Part shown: positions 20,546-30,837 of the stretch, in pieces
Layout: every line of letters begins with the position of its first letter
Numbering within the stretch: position 1 is the first letter of the stretch
Translations under genes and position numbers: made by a program
The notes under the pieces: generated by a model
Told to the model about the DNA's origin: nothing
The model's input: only the letters and a program-made list of their open reading frames with translations
Database searches by the model: none
NCBI GenBank assembly: GCA_048938105.1
Contig: JBHLMN010000002.1
Location: 288,001-352,000 of the forward strand
Direction: 5' to 3'
From: Promethearchaeota archaeon
GTDB lineage: Archaea > Asgardarchaeota > Heimdallarchaeia > Hodarchaeales > Hodarchaeaceae
DNA length: 64,000 nucleotides

Positions 20546-21979
20546 ATGCCAGATCTCTTCATAAAAGTACCCAATAGAACTAATCTGTGGACAATTGAGA
20601 AACACAATAAAATGAATGTTCCCGCTTTCATTTATGGGGATCAAAAGATTATTGATGAACTCAAAGCTGATTATAGGCGCGAATGGAGTGCTACACGTCA
20701 AATAATAAACGTTGCCTCGCTTCCAGGCATTCAAAAAGGGATGCTGGCAATGAGTGATGTTCACCCAGGTTATGGTTTCCCTATTGGCGGAGTAGCAGCA
20801 TTTGATGTGAAGGAAGGAGTTGTAAGTATGGCTGGTGTAGGTTATGATATTAATTGTGGCGTTAGAACCATGATCACTGATCTGGTTAAAAGTGATTTAG
20901 ATCAGAAAAAAAAGATGATCCTATCAGAGCTTTTCCAAAACGTACCTGCAGGATTGGGAAAACCAGGGAAAATAAAATTAAGTGTGGCTCAAGTTGATGA
21001 TCTTCTAGTAGAAGGAGCTCCTTATGTAGTTAATATGGGATACGGAACAGAAGAAGATCTCGAATATTCGGAAGAGAGGGGCCGAATTAAAGGAGCCAAC
21101 CCAGAGAATGTTAGTGATAGAGCTAAGAAGCGCCAACACAACCAAATTGGTACTTTAGGCTCTGGAAACCATTATCTTGAGTTACAAATTGTTGATAAAA
21201 TCTTTAACGAAGAGGTAGCAAAGACCTTTGGATTATTTCAGGATCAGTTAGTTGTAACCCTACATTGTGGATCTCGTGGATTAGGACACCAAATTGGCAC
21301 TGATTATTCAAGAGAACTAGTTAGGGCCTCTCAAAAATATAATTTACCTTTACCTGATAAAGAACTTGGATCAGCTCCCATTACAAGTAGGGAAGGGGAA
21401 CGGTATATCTCTGCAGTAAATTGTGGAATAAATGCTGCTTTGGCAAATCGTCAAGTGATTGCTCATCTTGTACGGCAAGCTTTTCGGAAGGTTTTCAATA
21501 CAGATGTAAGACAGCTCTATGATATTGGTCATAATACATGTAAATTCGAAGTTCATGATGGTAAAGAAGTATTAGTCCATCGTAAGGGTTCTACACGAGC
21601 TTTTGGCCCTAACAACCCCGTTTTACCAAGTTCTTATCGTAAAGTTGGTCAACCTGTGCTTATAGGTGGGACAATGGGTACTTCTTCCTTTATCCTAACA
21701 GGTACTGAGCTTGGAATGAGTGAAACTTTTGGTAGTGCTTGTCATGGAGCGGGAAGAAGTATGTCCCGAAAAGCAGCAAAGAAAAAGTATTGGGGTAAGA
21801 CTGTTGTACAAGATCTAGCTGATAAAGGGATCATGGTTCGTGCTCATAGTTTTGCAGGTGTTGCTGAAGAAGCCCCAGGTGCTTACAAGGATGTTGTGCA
21901 AGTTGTAAATGCAATGCACGACGCTGGTGTTGTGAAGAAGGTTGTACAAGTTAAGCCAGTAGGAGTGGTCAAAGGATAA
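20546..21979 (+). CDS. rtcB: RNA ligase RtcB
   Basis: DVHPGYGFPIGG, GYDINCG, GTLGSGNHYLE, HCGSRGLGH, HRKG, HGAGR, EEAPGAYKD. Confidence 0.97.
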   Translation: MPDLFIKVPNRTNLWTIEKHNKMNVPAFIYGDQKIIDELKADYRREWSATRQIINVASLPGIQKGMLAMSDVHPGYGFPIGGVAAFDVKEGVVSMAGVGYDINCGVRTMITDLVKSDLDQKKKMILSELFQNVPAGLGKPGKIKLSVAQVDDLLVEGAPYVVNMGYGTEEDLEYSEERGRIKGANPENVSDRAKKRQHNQIGTLGSGNHYLELQIVDKIFNEEVAKTFGLFQDQLVVTLHCGSRGLGHQIGTDYSRELVRASQKYNLPLPDKELGSAPITSREGERYISAVNCGINAALANRQVIAHLVRQAFRKVFNTDVRQLYDIGHNTCKFEVHDGKEVLVHRKGSTRAFGPNNPVLPSSYRKVGQPVLIGGTMGTSSFILTGTELGMSETFGSACHGAGRSMSRKAAKKKYWGKTVVQDLADKGIMVRAHSFAGVAEEAPGAYKDVVQVVNAMHDAGVVKKVVQVKPVGVVKG

Positions 21980-21996
21980 TTCGAATCCATGCTAGC

Positions 21997-22659
21997 CTAT
22001 TCTAGTGAAGGGATCTCAACCTTACAACTTACACCTTTTTTAAATTCTTCAGCCATTGATTGATCCCCAACAATGGCTCCGAAGTGCATTGGAATAACCA
22101 GTTTTGGATTGAGAACTTTTGTAGCTTCAATAGCTTCAGGTGCAGTCATGACATAAGTACCACTAACAGGAATTAGAGCAACATCTGGTTTAATATCTTT
22201 CATTTCTGGGATATTGTCAGTGTCACCAGCATGATAAACTCGTTGACCATCCATTTCAAAGACCAATCCGATTTTCTTATCGTCTTTAGGGTGAAAGGGA
22301 ACTCCTGGTTCGCGAAACTTGTTGATATTGTAAGCAGGAACGAACTTAAACGCTATAGAGGAAATAGTTTCTTTATCCGAAGGACCGACATAATGAACAG
22401 CCTTGCAGTCGAGTTTCTCTAATGTTTCTCGAGCCATAGGGATACCTATAACCTCTGTCTTTTCTGAAGAAACAAATTTCTTTAAATCATCAAAGTTACA
22501 ATGATCAAAGTGTTCATGAGTACTTACAAGGACATCTACAGGCTCAAAAGTTCCTTTTACCTGAAAAGGGTCTATACAAACTGTTTTTCCAGAGCTACTT
22601 GTAATAATAAAGCCATCATGACCTAACCAACGAAAAGTAATTCCTTCAAATTCAATCAT
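21997..22659 (-). CDS. Metallo-beta-lactamase fold hydrolase (UlaG-like)
   Basis: WLGHDG, THEHFDH, YHAGDT, IPMHFG. Confidence 0.88.
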   Translation of the reverse strand: MIEFEGITFRWLGHDGFIITSSSGKTVCIDPFQVKGTFEPVDVLVSTHEHFDHCNFDDLKKFVSSEKTEVIGIPMARETLEKLDCKAVHYVGPSDKETISSIAFKFVPAYNINKFREPGVPFHPKDDKKIGLVFEMDGQRVYHAGDTDNIPEMKDIKPDVALIPVSGTYVMTAPEAIEATKVLNPKLVIPMHFGAIVGDQSMAEEFKKGVSCKVEIPSLE

Positions 22660-22767
22660 TTTTGAAATCACCAAAAAATCATTCATGTATAAATTTAAGA
22701 ATTTTTTTACATAATAATCTTTGATTGTAGGATTGATTTTGCTATTGAATAGAGAACTTGATTAAGC

Positions 22768-23589
22768 ATGTCTACTCAATTATTTCACGAGTATTTAAAG
22801 TCAGTAACGGATTTTTTGGAAAAAAACTATATTGACAAAGTAGTTTCACTTGTATTGTTTGGTTCATTAGTAAATGAAAAAAAGCAGTTTAAATTTGGCT
22901 CCACTGATGTAGATCTTCTAATTATTCTTAAGGACTCATGTCCAACCAGAGATTGTCAACGAATAAAACAAAGGTTGGCTGGTTTTGAAACAAAATATTT
23001 CTCATATCTTTGTGAGTCAGAATTATCATTCTTTAGTCTTGGTTTGCAGCGAGCAACTGGAATGTTTGTAAATTTCTTTCTTTGTCGTTTTTCAGATTTT
23101 AAAAACAGAAATATCAAAGTCTTTAATGTGAATCCCTTGATGGGACGTCTCTTAGCTCCCCAAGATTCATTGTGGTTGTCATTACTAAGACATCATCGGA
23201 TTATATGGGGAAAAAATGTGTTTCAGGAATGGAAAACGTTACCAACCTTAAAAACTAGTGATTTGATTAGATCTTTTCTTATGAATTGGATACTTGCAAC
23301 AGGAGCTCTTTTTTTATATCCTTTTTTCCCCCCACAATTTGCCAAATTCTCAATGGAAGCGATGAAATGGAGCCTTTTCACTTGGCGGAATTTCTATCAT
23401 CAGGCGACAGGGTCTCTTCTCCGAATTATTACTAAATTTGTTAAAAAGGCCTCAACTACTGAATTGCGAGCTCTCCGATGTTTTATCAATTATAGAGAAG
23501 ATCATACATATAATAGCCGATTTCCCTATTTAGCATGGCTATTTGTGTTTCAACTTCATCGTTCCCTCTTTCGCCATTACTACGGCTGA
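22768..23589 (+). CDS. Pol-beta superfamily nucleotidyltransferase with helical C-terminal domain
   Basis: SLVLFGS...STDVDLLII motif. Confidence 0.78.
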   Translation: MSTQLFHEYLKSVTDFLEKNYIDKVVSLVLFGSLVNEKKQFKFGSTDVDLLIILKDSCPTRDCQRIKQRLAGFETKYFSYLCESELSFFSLGLQRATGMFVNFFLCRFSDFKNRNIKVFNVNPLMGRLLAPQDSLWLSLLRHHRIIWGKNVFQEWKTLPTLKTSDLIRSFLMNWILATGALFLYPFFPPQFAKFSMEAMKWSLFTWRNFYHQATGSLLRIITKFVKKASTTELRALRCFINYREDHTYNSRFPYLAWLFVFQLHRSLFRHYYG

Positions 23590-24905
23590 AAAATCTCTGG
23601 AGTTCTAGGGAACATACAAGTTTCTCGAATGTGAGATAAATTGGCTATCCATCTAATCAATCGTTCCAATCCGAGGCCAAAGCCTGCATGGGGAGGCATA
23701 CCATATTTAAACATACGAAGATACCATTGGAAATCATTCAAATCGAATCCTTGTTGAGTTATCCGCTCTTTCAAGATCTTATAATCTGAGACACGTTGTC
23801 CTCCACTTGAAAGCTCCCCAAAACCTTCTGGAGCCATTAGATCTAAAGAACGAGTGATACGTGGGTTAAAATCGTCAACAGCATAATAAATTCCTCGTAG
23901 ATGTGTCGGAAATTCAGTAAGGAAAAAAGGTTCATGAAAAGCTTTTGATAAGGCTGTTTCCTCGGGAGTGCCAAAATCTTCAAGGGGGTCTGCTTCAACA
24001 CCAAGCTCTTGTACCTTTAATTTTGCTTCATTAAAAGTTAAGCGTTTAAACGGTTTCGAGGGAACAGCAAAGGTTCTGTTCAGCAATTCTAATTGGTTTT
24101 TTCCCTCTTCAAGAACTTCTTTTATTATATAGATTAAGAGGTCTTCCTGAACCTCCATTATCTCTTTTTCTGTGGCAAACGCGATTTCATTCTCAATCTG
24201 CCAAAATTCAGTGATGTGCTTAGGTGTATGGGATTTCTCTGCACGCCAAGAAGGAATAATGCCAAAAACTTTTTCATGACAAGCCAAGGCAGCTTGTTTA
24301 TAGAATTGGCAGCTTTGGGCTAGTACCGCAGGGTGATCAAAGTAATCTAATCTGAATTGCTCTGCTCCACCCTCTGTTGATGTTGTCAGTATTAAAGGGG
24401 TAAAGATTTCTACAAATCCTTTTTCAACAAAAAACTTCCTTGTTGCATTGGCAATGATGTTTTTTATCTCAAATACAGCAACGACTTCCGGATCTCTGAT
24501 TGAAAGCTCTCGGTATCTGAATACAGTATCAATATCCATCTGAGTCTTCATTTTTGTTAGGTCTATAGGGAATTTTGGGGCTGCCTGAGAATGAATACAA
24601 ATCGTTGATGGAATTAGTTCCGCTCCTAATTTTGATCGTGGATCAGCTTTAACTGATCCTTTAATTGAAACAACTGATTCAAGAGATAGCTCTTTGCAAG
24701 TTTGCCAAACCTCTGGATTAACTTTTTTCTCGTGAAGGGTGACTTGGCATATTCCTTGCTGATCACGAATAGTTAAAAAAATCAAGCGACCTTTATCGCG
24801 AATTTGTTGAACCCAACCTCCTATTAGTACTTCTAATCCATTATTATTGCTATTAACATCACGACATCCATGTGTTCGCATTTTTGGATTGATAGCATAG
24901 ATCAT
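23580..24905 (-). CDS. aspS: Class IIb Asp/Asn-tRNA ligase, probably aspartyl
   Basis: OB anticodon domain GWVQQIRDKG; QFYKQ, SSGGQR and YGMPPHAGFGLGLER; also AsnRS-like segments (see findings). Confidence 0.7.
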   Translation of the reverse strand: MIYAINPKMRTHGCRDVNSNNNGLEVLIGGWVQQIRDKGRLIFLTIRDQQGICQVTLHEKKVNPEVWQTCKELSLESVVSIKGSVKADPRSKLGAELIPSTICIHSQAAPKFPIDLTKMKTQMDIDTVFRYRELSIRDPEVVAVFEIKNIIANATRKFFVEKGFVEIFTPLILTTSTEGGAEQFRLDYFDHPAVLAQSCQFYKQAALACHEKVFGIIPSWRAEKSHTPKHITEFWQIENEIAFATEKEIMEVQEDLLIYIIKEVLEEGKNQLELLNRTFAVPSKPFKRLTFNEAKLKVQELGVEADPLEDFGTPEETALSKAFHEPFFLTEFPTHLRGIYYAVDDFNPRITRSLDLMAPEGFGELSSGGQRVSDYKILKERITQQGFDLNDFQWYLRMFKYGMPPHAGFGLGLERLIRWIANLSHIRETCMFPRTPEIFQP

Positions 24906-25246
24906 TATAGAACTCCTCGTCGTTTTAATTGATAAAGTATTTCCCTATTAATAACGTGGCTTATATCTTCAGACTCATTGATTGTCATAGAATGATTGAA
25001 ACTATCCTTTTTGAGTTTGTTAATCTTATTAATGAAGTAAAGCCCATTAAATTCCATTTTACAAGAATTTTAGAAGTTAAACTATATAAATTCCAAAAGC
25101 AGAGGTAGAATAGACATAAAAATAGGATTCTCAAGCTTAATTATTAATATATTATAAAATTAGTTCGTAGAAGAGTATTTGGCTATAAAAATATACTCTT
25201 CGATCAAAGAAAAAGAGGAAATGAGAGGTTGGGGTTCATTTCTACT

Positions 25247-27520
25247 CTATGAACCACCACCGAATATTTGATCAAATCCGACTTCGTCCATACTATCGAA
25301 AAAAGCGTTAACTAGCGCTGAGTTTGTATCTTGTTCTTCATCATCCGTTAGTGTCTTTATAAGTTCAATAGTTTCTTTTACACCAAGGGCAAGCCCTGCA
25401 ATGGATTTTTCTGGTGCATCAATATCAGAGTTAGGAACTGGGTATGGATTGACCAAGGTATTCTTCCAATCAGTTGTTATGTCTGCTGAGATTACCGTGG
25501 TATTATCAACTTCAATATACCCATAGGTAGCATTGTTTATTGCAAAATCCATCAAGGTGAGAGATCTGTCAATTTTTGGATTTATACTGAAATTATTGAA
25601 AAAAGCGTTACCATCACCACCCACAGCTTCTCTGAGATCGTTGAATGTATTATTGAACAATCTCATTCCTTCGGTGAAAGAATAAGCAGAAGCAAGTGTA
25701 TAATCTAATCCTTCAATCAAATTCTCTATCTCTGTGACGTTTGTATAAAATGTTTCAAGCATGTTGCTGAAGTCTATTAGCATTGGTTTAAGCGCATTGT
25801 TAATAATATCTCCATAGTCCTTTTGTACGAATTTATCGCTTTTATCTCTCGCCGTACCAATATTATTCTTAGCAGATGCAAAGGTAATACGTGTTTCACT
25901 CACATTCGCTGAGATATCCTCTAATTCATTGCTAATATCGTCGAGATTCCCACCAGCAAAATCAATATCATTAATTGCGATGACAGCATCTTCAATCTCC
26001 ATATAACACTCAGTTCCATTGGTTGCTGCTCTAGCAAAGTATGCGAGAAGTTCAGTCATATCTTTGATGATTTCTACTGTCCCATAAAAGGGTAATATTG
26101 AACCATTCTTAAGACCTTCAGTATCAATATCTTGAAGAGTATCATTGGCCTCTGCTAAATCGATAGCAGCATCCCCCATCCAATCATGGGCTTCTGCAAA
26201 ATCTGAATCACCTAAATCTTCTACTGCGAGAGTCGTTTTATATGTAGCATTTAAAAAGTCGAGAGCTCCTGAAGCAACTTCAAGGATAATACCATATCCA
26301 ACTTCAGCTTCCCCTACAACTGATACAAATTCAGCGAGCTCTCCTTCCTCATCGACTATTATGTCTTCCATAATGTCGGTTGCATGTTCTAATGCGTCAA
26401 TTACTCCATCTTTGGATTCACTGAAATTACCAATTGCATTAGAAATCTTTTTTAAGCCATCGTTAAAATCAGGGTCATAAATTGCTTCTAATCGATTGAT
26501 AGATCCGCCAACACCACCACCTAAATCACTAGCTCCTAGAATTGTAAAGGTTTGGTCAAAACCTTCAACTAAATTATAATATCCAACCAATAACGATGGG
26601 ATCTCATCCGAAAGGGTAGCTAAGATCCTTGAAATTTCAAGAATTGATGGTAGCTCCTGTAAATTGATACCTTGAAAATCCTCAGGTAAGAATGGCGTTA
26701 GGATCACTACATAGAAGTTCCCTTGAACCTGATCAAACGCTATAGCAGATTCATGGAACCATTGAGCAGCTCGCTTTGCAGCTTCAGATAGCTCTTCAAT
26801 TTCTTCTGGATCAGTTATATTAATACCATTCTGGACACCAGATCCTCCTCCTTCATTGGTGATTTCTATTCCAAAAGCACTTGCAAATTCCGCACCACCC
26901 GCTGCTAATGCGATACCACCATTAGCAAAGCTGAAAAGTCCGTGATAAAATAGGGGGACGGTAACCAAAATTAAAATTACAAAGAAAGCGGCTATTGGTT
27001 TAATTATAAGGGAGAAAATAGATAATTCTCCTTGTTTTGTCCAGAATCCCGTTGCTAGAGTAGAGAGGAAAAATCCAAGGAATAAAGCTAGAAATTCAAC
27101 AATGAATAAATCTAAAATGATCATGATGATGAGAATCATATCTGCCTCAATCGGTATTTCACCAAGAATTCCGCTCTCAAAGATAGCAAACATGGGAGTC
27201 GTTATACCTGTCGCCAATCCATAGGGATTGATGATAAATCCCAGAGTTATCATATCAAGGATAAATAAAACTACCCAAGAAATTGGTGCAGCAAAGATAC
27301 TAAGTAAACCCAATAGTTTTGAGCGGGATAAGATTCCAGTGAGACAAAAAGCGATTGGAATCAATAAAAGCTCTAATTGGAGTAGTAAAGCATTCTGCCT
27401 TGCGCCCAAAATTCCAAATACAATAGCAATTAAAATTGGGGCAATAACAGCCGCCAGAAAGCTCTGCCATAAAGGAAGGGCTTTTATTGTACGTAGATCA
27501 TCTGTTTCAGCTTCAAACAT
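25247..27520 (-). CDS. Hypothetical membrane protein with a long acidic helical ectodomain
   Basis: About 5 N-terminal TM segments followed by about 550 aa of amphipathic helices with N-x-S/T sequons. Confidence 0.7.
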   Translation of the reverse strand: MFEAETDDLRTIKALPLWQSFLAAVIAPILIAIVFGILGARQNALLLQLELLLIPIAFCLTGILSRSKLLGLLSIFAAPISWVVLFILDMITLGFIINPYGLATGITTPMFAIFESGILGEIPIEADMILIIMIILDLFIVEFLALFLGFFLSTLATGFWTKQGELSIFSLIIKPIAAFFVILILVTVPLFYHGLFSFANGGIALAAGGAEFASAFGIEITNEGGGSGVQNGINITDPEEIEELSEAAKRAAQWFHESAIAFDQVQGNFYVVILTPFLPEDFQGINLQELPSILEISRILATLSDEIPSLLVGYYNLVEGFDQTFTILGASDLGGGVGGSINRLEAIYDPDFNDGLKKISNAIGNFSESKDGVIDALEHATDIMEDIIVDEEGELAEFVSVVGEAEVGYGIILEVASGALDFLNATYKTTLAVEDLGDSDFAEAHDWMGDAAIDLAEANDTLQDIDTEGLKNGSILPFYGTVEIIKDMTELLAYFARAATNGTECYMEIEDAVIAINDIDFAGGNLDDISNELEDISANVSETRITFASAKNNIGTARDKSDKFVQKDYGDIINNALKPMLIDFSNMLETFYTNVTEIENLIEGLDYTLASAYSFTEGMRLFNNTFNDLREAVGGDGNAFFNNFSINPKIDRSLTLMDFAINNATYGYIEVDNTTVISADITTDWKNTLVNPYPVPNSDIDAPEKSIAGLALGVKETIELIKTLTDDEEQDTNSALVNAFFDSMDEVGFDQIFGGGS

Positions 27521-27594
27521 AATTCATCACTTTTTCTGTTGTATAGTAAGGTTAGTAGTCAATCTTCTTATTAAGATTAACTGTATGAAAAGGA

Positions 27595-28491
27595 TCAGAA
27601 AATGGAGATAATCAGACTTATACAACAGGTGACAAGAAAGGCTGAACTCATATTTACAAAATCATTATTAATCAGCTGGCTCCCTCGACATAGCTTTGTT
27701 TTATTCCCACACCGTTTATGGGGATTTGTTTCCGTTTCTTTTTTACAATGATTACAATAGTATATTCCTTGAATCGTCGCTCCCTCAATCGAATCTATTA
27801 TGGATCCTGAAAAACCACCAATAATAATTAGAAAGAGAATTAATATTACTCGTCCATTAACGCTAGATGTTGGAGAAGAAAATACAATAGCTACCAAATA
27901 TACGCACGCTATTAATACACCTCCAAATATGGATGCAACACAACCATTGATTGTTATCCCCCCACTAGTGCCTGGATCCACGATTTGACGTAAATTTGTG
28001 ACTAATCGTGGAGGTTCTTTTGAAAGAATGCCAATTTCTGTTGCCCAGGTGTCAGCAGTATGAACTGCAAAAGCAACGAATACCCCAATAAATAAGGGAC
28101 TGATAGGATTGTGTAAAATAGTGTCAGATTCAACTGTGTTGGGGATAAGTTCAAATAAAACATAACCAAGAGCGAAAAGAAACGGTATTAGACCATTAGC
28201 AATCACTTGCATAGCGTCTCGTTTTGCGGATCCTTTTGCAAAATCTATAGTCGTATTGAACTTTTCTTTTACTTTCATTTTTGATAACATTGATGAACTA
28301 AAGAAGAACACACAGAGTACAACCCAAAAGAAAGGATAAATCACGAATAAAGAAATCCCTAGAATCGCAGCAATAGATATTCCAAATGGAATTGTGAGAT
28401 ACTGCTTTTTCAAGATCACGAAAAAAATTGGTAGATTGAATATAACCGAGAGAGGAACCATTAAAAGAAGATATGATATGATTGAATGCAA
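27595..28491 (-). CDS. DUF92 / TMEM19 family membrane protein
   Basis: FFFSSS, RDAMQVIANG, ADTWATEIG, PGTSGGIT, DSIEGATIQ, NDFVN. Confidence 0.92.
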   Translation of the reverse strand: MHSIISYLLLMVPLSVIFNLPIFFVILKKQYLTIPFGISIAAILGISLFVIYPFFWVVLCVFFFSSSMLSKMKVKEKFNTTIDFAKGSAKRDAMQVIANGLIPFLFALGYVLFELIPNTVESDTILHNPISPLFIGVFVAFAVHTADTWATEIGILSKEPPRLVTNLRQIVDPGTSGGITINGCVASIFGGVLIACVYLVAIVFSSPTSSVNGRVILILFLIIIGGFSGSIIDSIEGATIQGIYYCNHCKKETETNPHKRCGNKTKLCRGSQLINNDFVNMSSAFLVTCCISLIISIF

Positions 28492-28697
28492 TTATGATCC
28501 TCATTGTGGATGTCTTTGATCTAAAAAGGATTTTATTGTGATATTTAAATATCCCAATGCATTTACTAACTGAAGAGTAAATAGGTGTTTTTAATTCTTT
28601 TCTAAGAAACAAGAATTTTTTGCAACAAGAGACACATATATCCATTTCACTTGAAAATTAATTATCAACTCAATTAAAGAGTTATTTCATAAACACC

Positions 28698-30653
28698 TTA
28701 AGTTAGTTCCTTTCTAAATTCATCCCACGATTTAATCGTAAGACCATATTTCCTAGCTTTTTCTAATTTTGTGGATCCTGGTTTTTCCCCCATTACTAAT
28801 ATATCAAGTTTTTTAGAAAGTGGTGCCCATTCATAACCCTGTTCTTTAACTAATTTCTTTACTTCTTTTTTTGTCATTCCTTTGATTTTACCTGTGACAT
28901 AAATAGTCTTACCTACTTCCGGTTCTTGATCAAAAGGTCTTTCCACGTCTCTACTAGAAGGAAGGAACATATCTAAACCGTTGGATCTCATTTTTTTTGG
29001 TATTGGTTTTTTTGCTTCTTGATAGATGATTTCAACACCCTTTTCAAGAAGTTGATCTCCTAAGGAGGGATTATGAAGGCCAGAGTAGATATAACCAGCA
29101 GTGAGATCAGAGATACCTTCTAGTAGGGTTAATTGACTCACAGTGGCATTTTTCAAATCAATATAGGAGTTAAAGCGTTTAGCTAAAGTCTTCGCCATAC
29201 CTGTGCCAAGAGATTCAATACCTAATCCTGCAAGAAATACATGAAAGGGAAGCGTCTTTTTTTCTTGAATATTAGCAAAAATTTTAGATCCATTTTTACC
29301 TAAATGATTCACAAGGACTCTTTCAGTTAATTTTGTATCATATAGGTCTGTAAAATGTCTAATAAGATCTAAATCATAGAGTTTTGCAATATTCTTTGGC
29401 CCTAAACCTTCGATATCAGTTATTCTCACCCAATGACGAATACTTTGGATATCACGGTCACGGCATTCTGCTCCAGTACAGATAAGGTTGACACCTTCAC
29501 GCTTTAATACTGAGCCACAGGAAGGACAGTCTTTAGGAAATGATGTTTCATTATCCCCCTTCGAGACTAATTCAGTTATCTTGGGGATAACATCACCAGA
29601 ACGGATAACCATAACCGTGTCACCTTTAGCCACCCCTAAGGTTTCCAGAAATTCAGCATTATGTAATGTTGCTCGTTTAATAACAGCACCCATCACTTCG
29701 ACTGGTTCTAGTTCTGCTACAGGAGTAAGTACACCTGTTCTACCAACCTGCCATGTAATATCTTGGACAACAGAAATGTCTCCCTGACTAGCAAATTTTA
29801 AGGCAATCATCCATTTAGGATGGTGTTCAGTTCTTCCTGCAGATACTCGTTGGTTTGCATCATTAAGCTTGAAGATAAGTCCATCAATTTCAAAATCTAG
29901 TCTTTGACGTTCTTGTTCGATACGGTCAAACAATATTTCAATTTCATGCCTAGTAGGGGATAATAATAATTCAAACTCAGTAGTATTAAATCCCCAAGAA
30001 CGTAGAATCTCTCCATGAGCTTTCAATGAGGCATTCTCTTCTATTCCTAACAATTCAAAAGCAAAGAATTCTAGTGACCGTTTATCCAAAAGACCGAGAT
30101 CTTTTTGCTTTACTGTACCAACAGCTAAATTTCGAGGACTACTATAATCAATTCCTTCAGTGGCTTTAATACGGTTAAATTCTGAGATATTCATGAAAAG
30201 TTCCCCACGCACATTGACAGTTGAAGGATGAGGAATTATCTTAGGAATTGATGAGATTTTAAAGACAGGTAAAGTCACATCATCTCCCATAACACCATTT
30301 CCTCGTGTGGCAGCCTGAACCAAACGGCCATTTTTATAAATGAGGGATAAAGAAAAGCCATCAATCTTGTAACCAGCATAAAGATCGGCCCCCTGGCTCC
30401 ACTTAACTACTTCATCAATATCAATTGCTTTTTGACATGATAGCATGGGTGTTTCATGTGTTATCTTTCCACCTTCAGGTGTTCCAACTATGTAGAGAAC
30501 AGGATTTTGAGGATCAATCCGTTGAAGCTTTTCTTCCAACGCATCATAAGCCTCATCTGAAATTTCGGGTTCACCATCATAATATTTTTTCTTATGGTAT
30601 AATATTTGATCCACTAGCTTTTTGATTTCAGCAGTTTTCGGTTTATTTGCCAT
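28698..30653 (-). CDS. ligA: NAD+-dependent DNA ligase
   Basis: Domain Ia YYDGEPEISDEAYD, KIDG, TRGNG, RGE, PRN, DGLIFK, QVGRTG, RATLHN, SGDVIP, C4 zinc finger, HhH and BRCT. Confidence 0.96.
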   Translation of the reverse strand: MANKPKTAEIKKLVDQILYHKKKYYDGEPEISDEAYDALEEKLQRIDPQNPVLYIVGTPEGGKITHETPMLSCQKAIDIDEVVKWSQGADLYAGYKIDGFSLSLIYKNGRLVQAATRGNGVMGDDVTLPVFKISSIPKIIPHPSTVNVRGELFMNISEFNRIKATEGIDYSSPRNLAVGTVKQKDLGLLDKRSLEFFAFELLGIEENASLKAHGEILRSWGFNTTEFELLLSPTRHEIEILFDRIEQERQRLDFEIDGLIFKLNDANQRVSAGRTEHHPKWMIALKFASQGDISVVQDITWQVGRTGVLTPVAELEPVEVMGAVIKRATLHNAEFLETLGVAKGDTVMVIRSGDVIPKITELVSKGDNETSFPKDCPSCGSVLKREGVNLICTGAECRDRDIQSIRHWVRITDIEGLGPKNIAKLYDLDLIRHFTDLYDTKLTERVLVNHLGKNGSKIFANIQEKKTLPFHVFLAGLGIESLGTGMAKTLAKRFNSYIDLKNATVSQLTLLEGISDLTAGYIYSGLHNPSLGDQLLEKGVEIIYQEAKKPIPKKMRSNGLDMFLPSSRDVERPFDQEPEVGKTIYVTGKIKGMTKKEVKKLVKEQGYEWAPLSKKLDILVMGEKPGSTKLEKARKYGLTIKSWDEFRKELT

Positions 30654-30837
30654 TAATACCGACCTGGTTTACGTAAATTTACTCTAATATTTATTTGTTG
30701 AAAAATTTGAGTATCAGGTTAGACTTTCCTTCCTGTTAAGACTAGATTATCATTATATATAGATTATTTGTGAAAAATATATTAAAAATGAATGAAGACA
30801 GAGAACTGAAAAAGTATCTTAAGTGTGTTGAGCCTCA

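Noticed and set aside
22768-23589. MNT-HEPN toxin-antitoxin system
   Set aside because: No separate HEPN partner gene, and the protein is much longer than a minimal nucleotidyltransferase
28500-30830. ligA as part of a mobile element or provirus
   Set aside because: No integrase or transposase, no terminal repeats, no evident compositional shift; flanked by housekeeping genes
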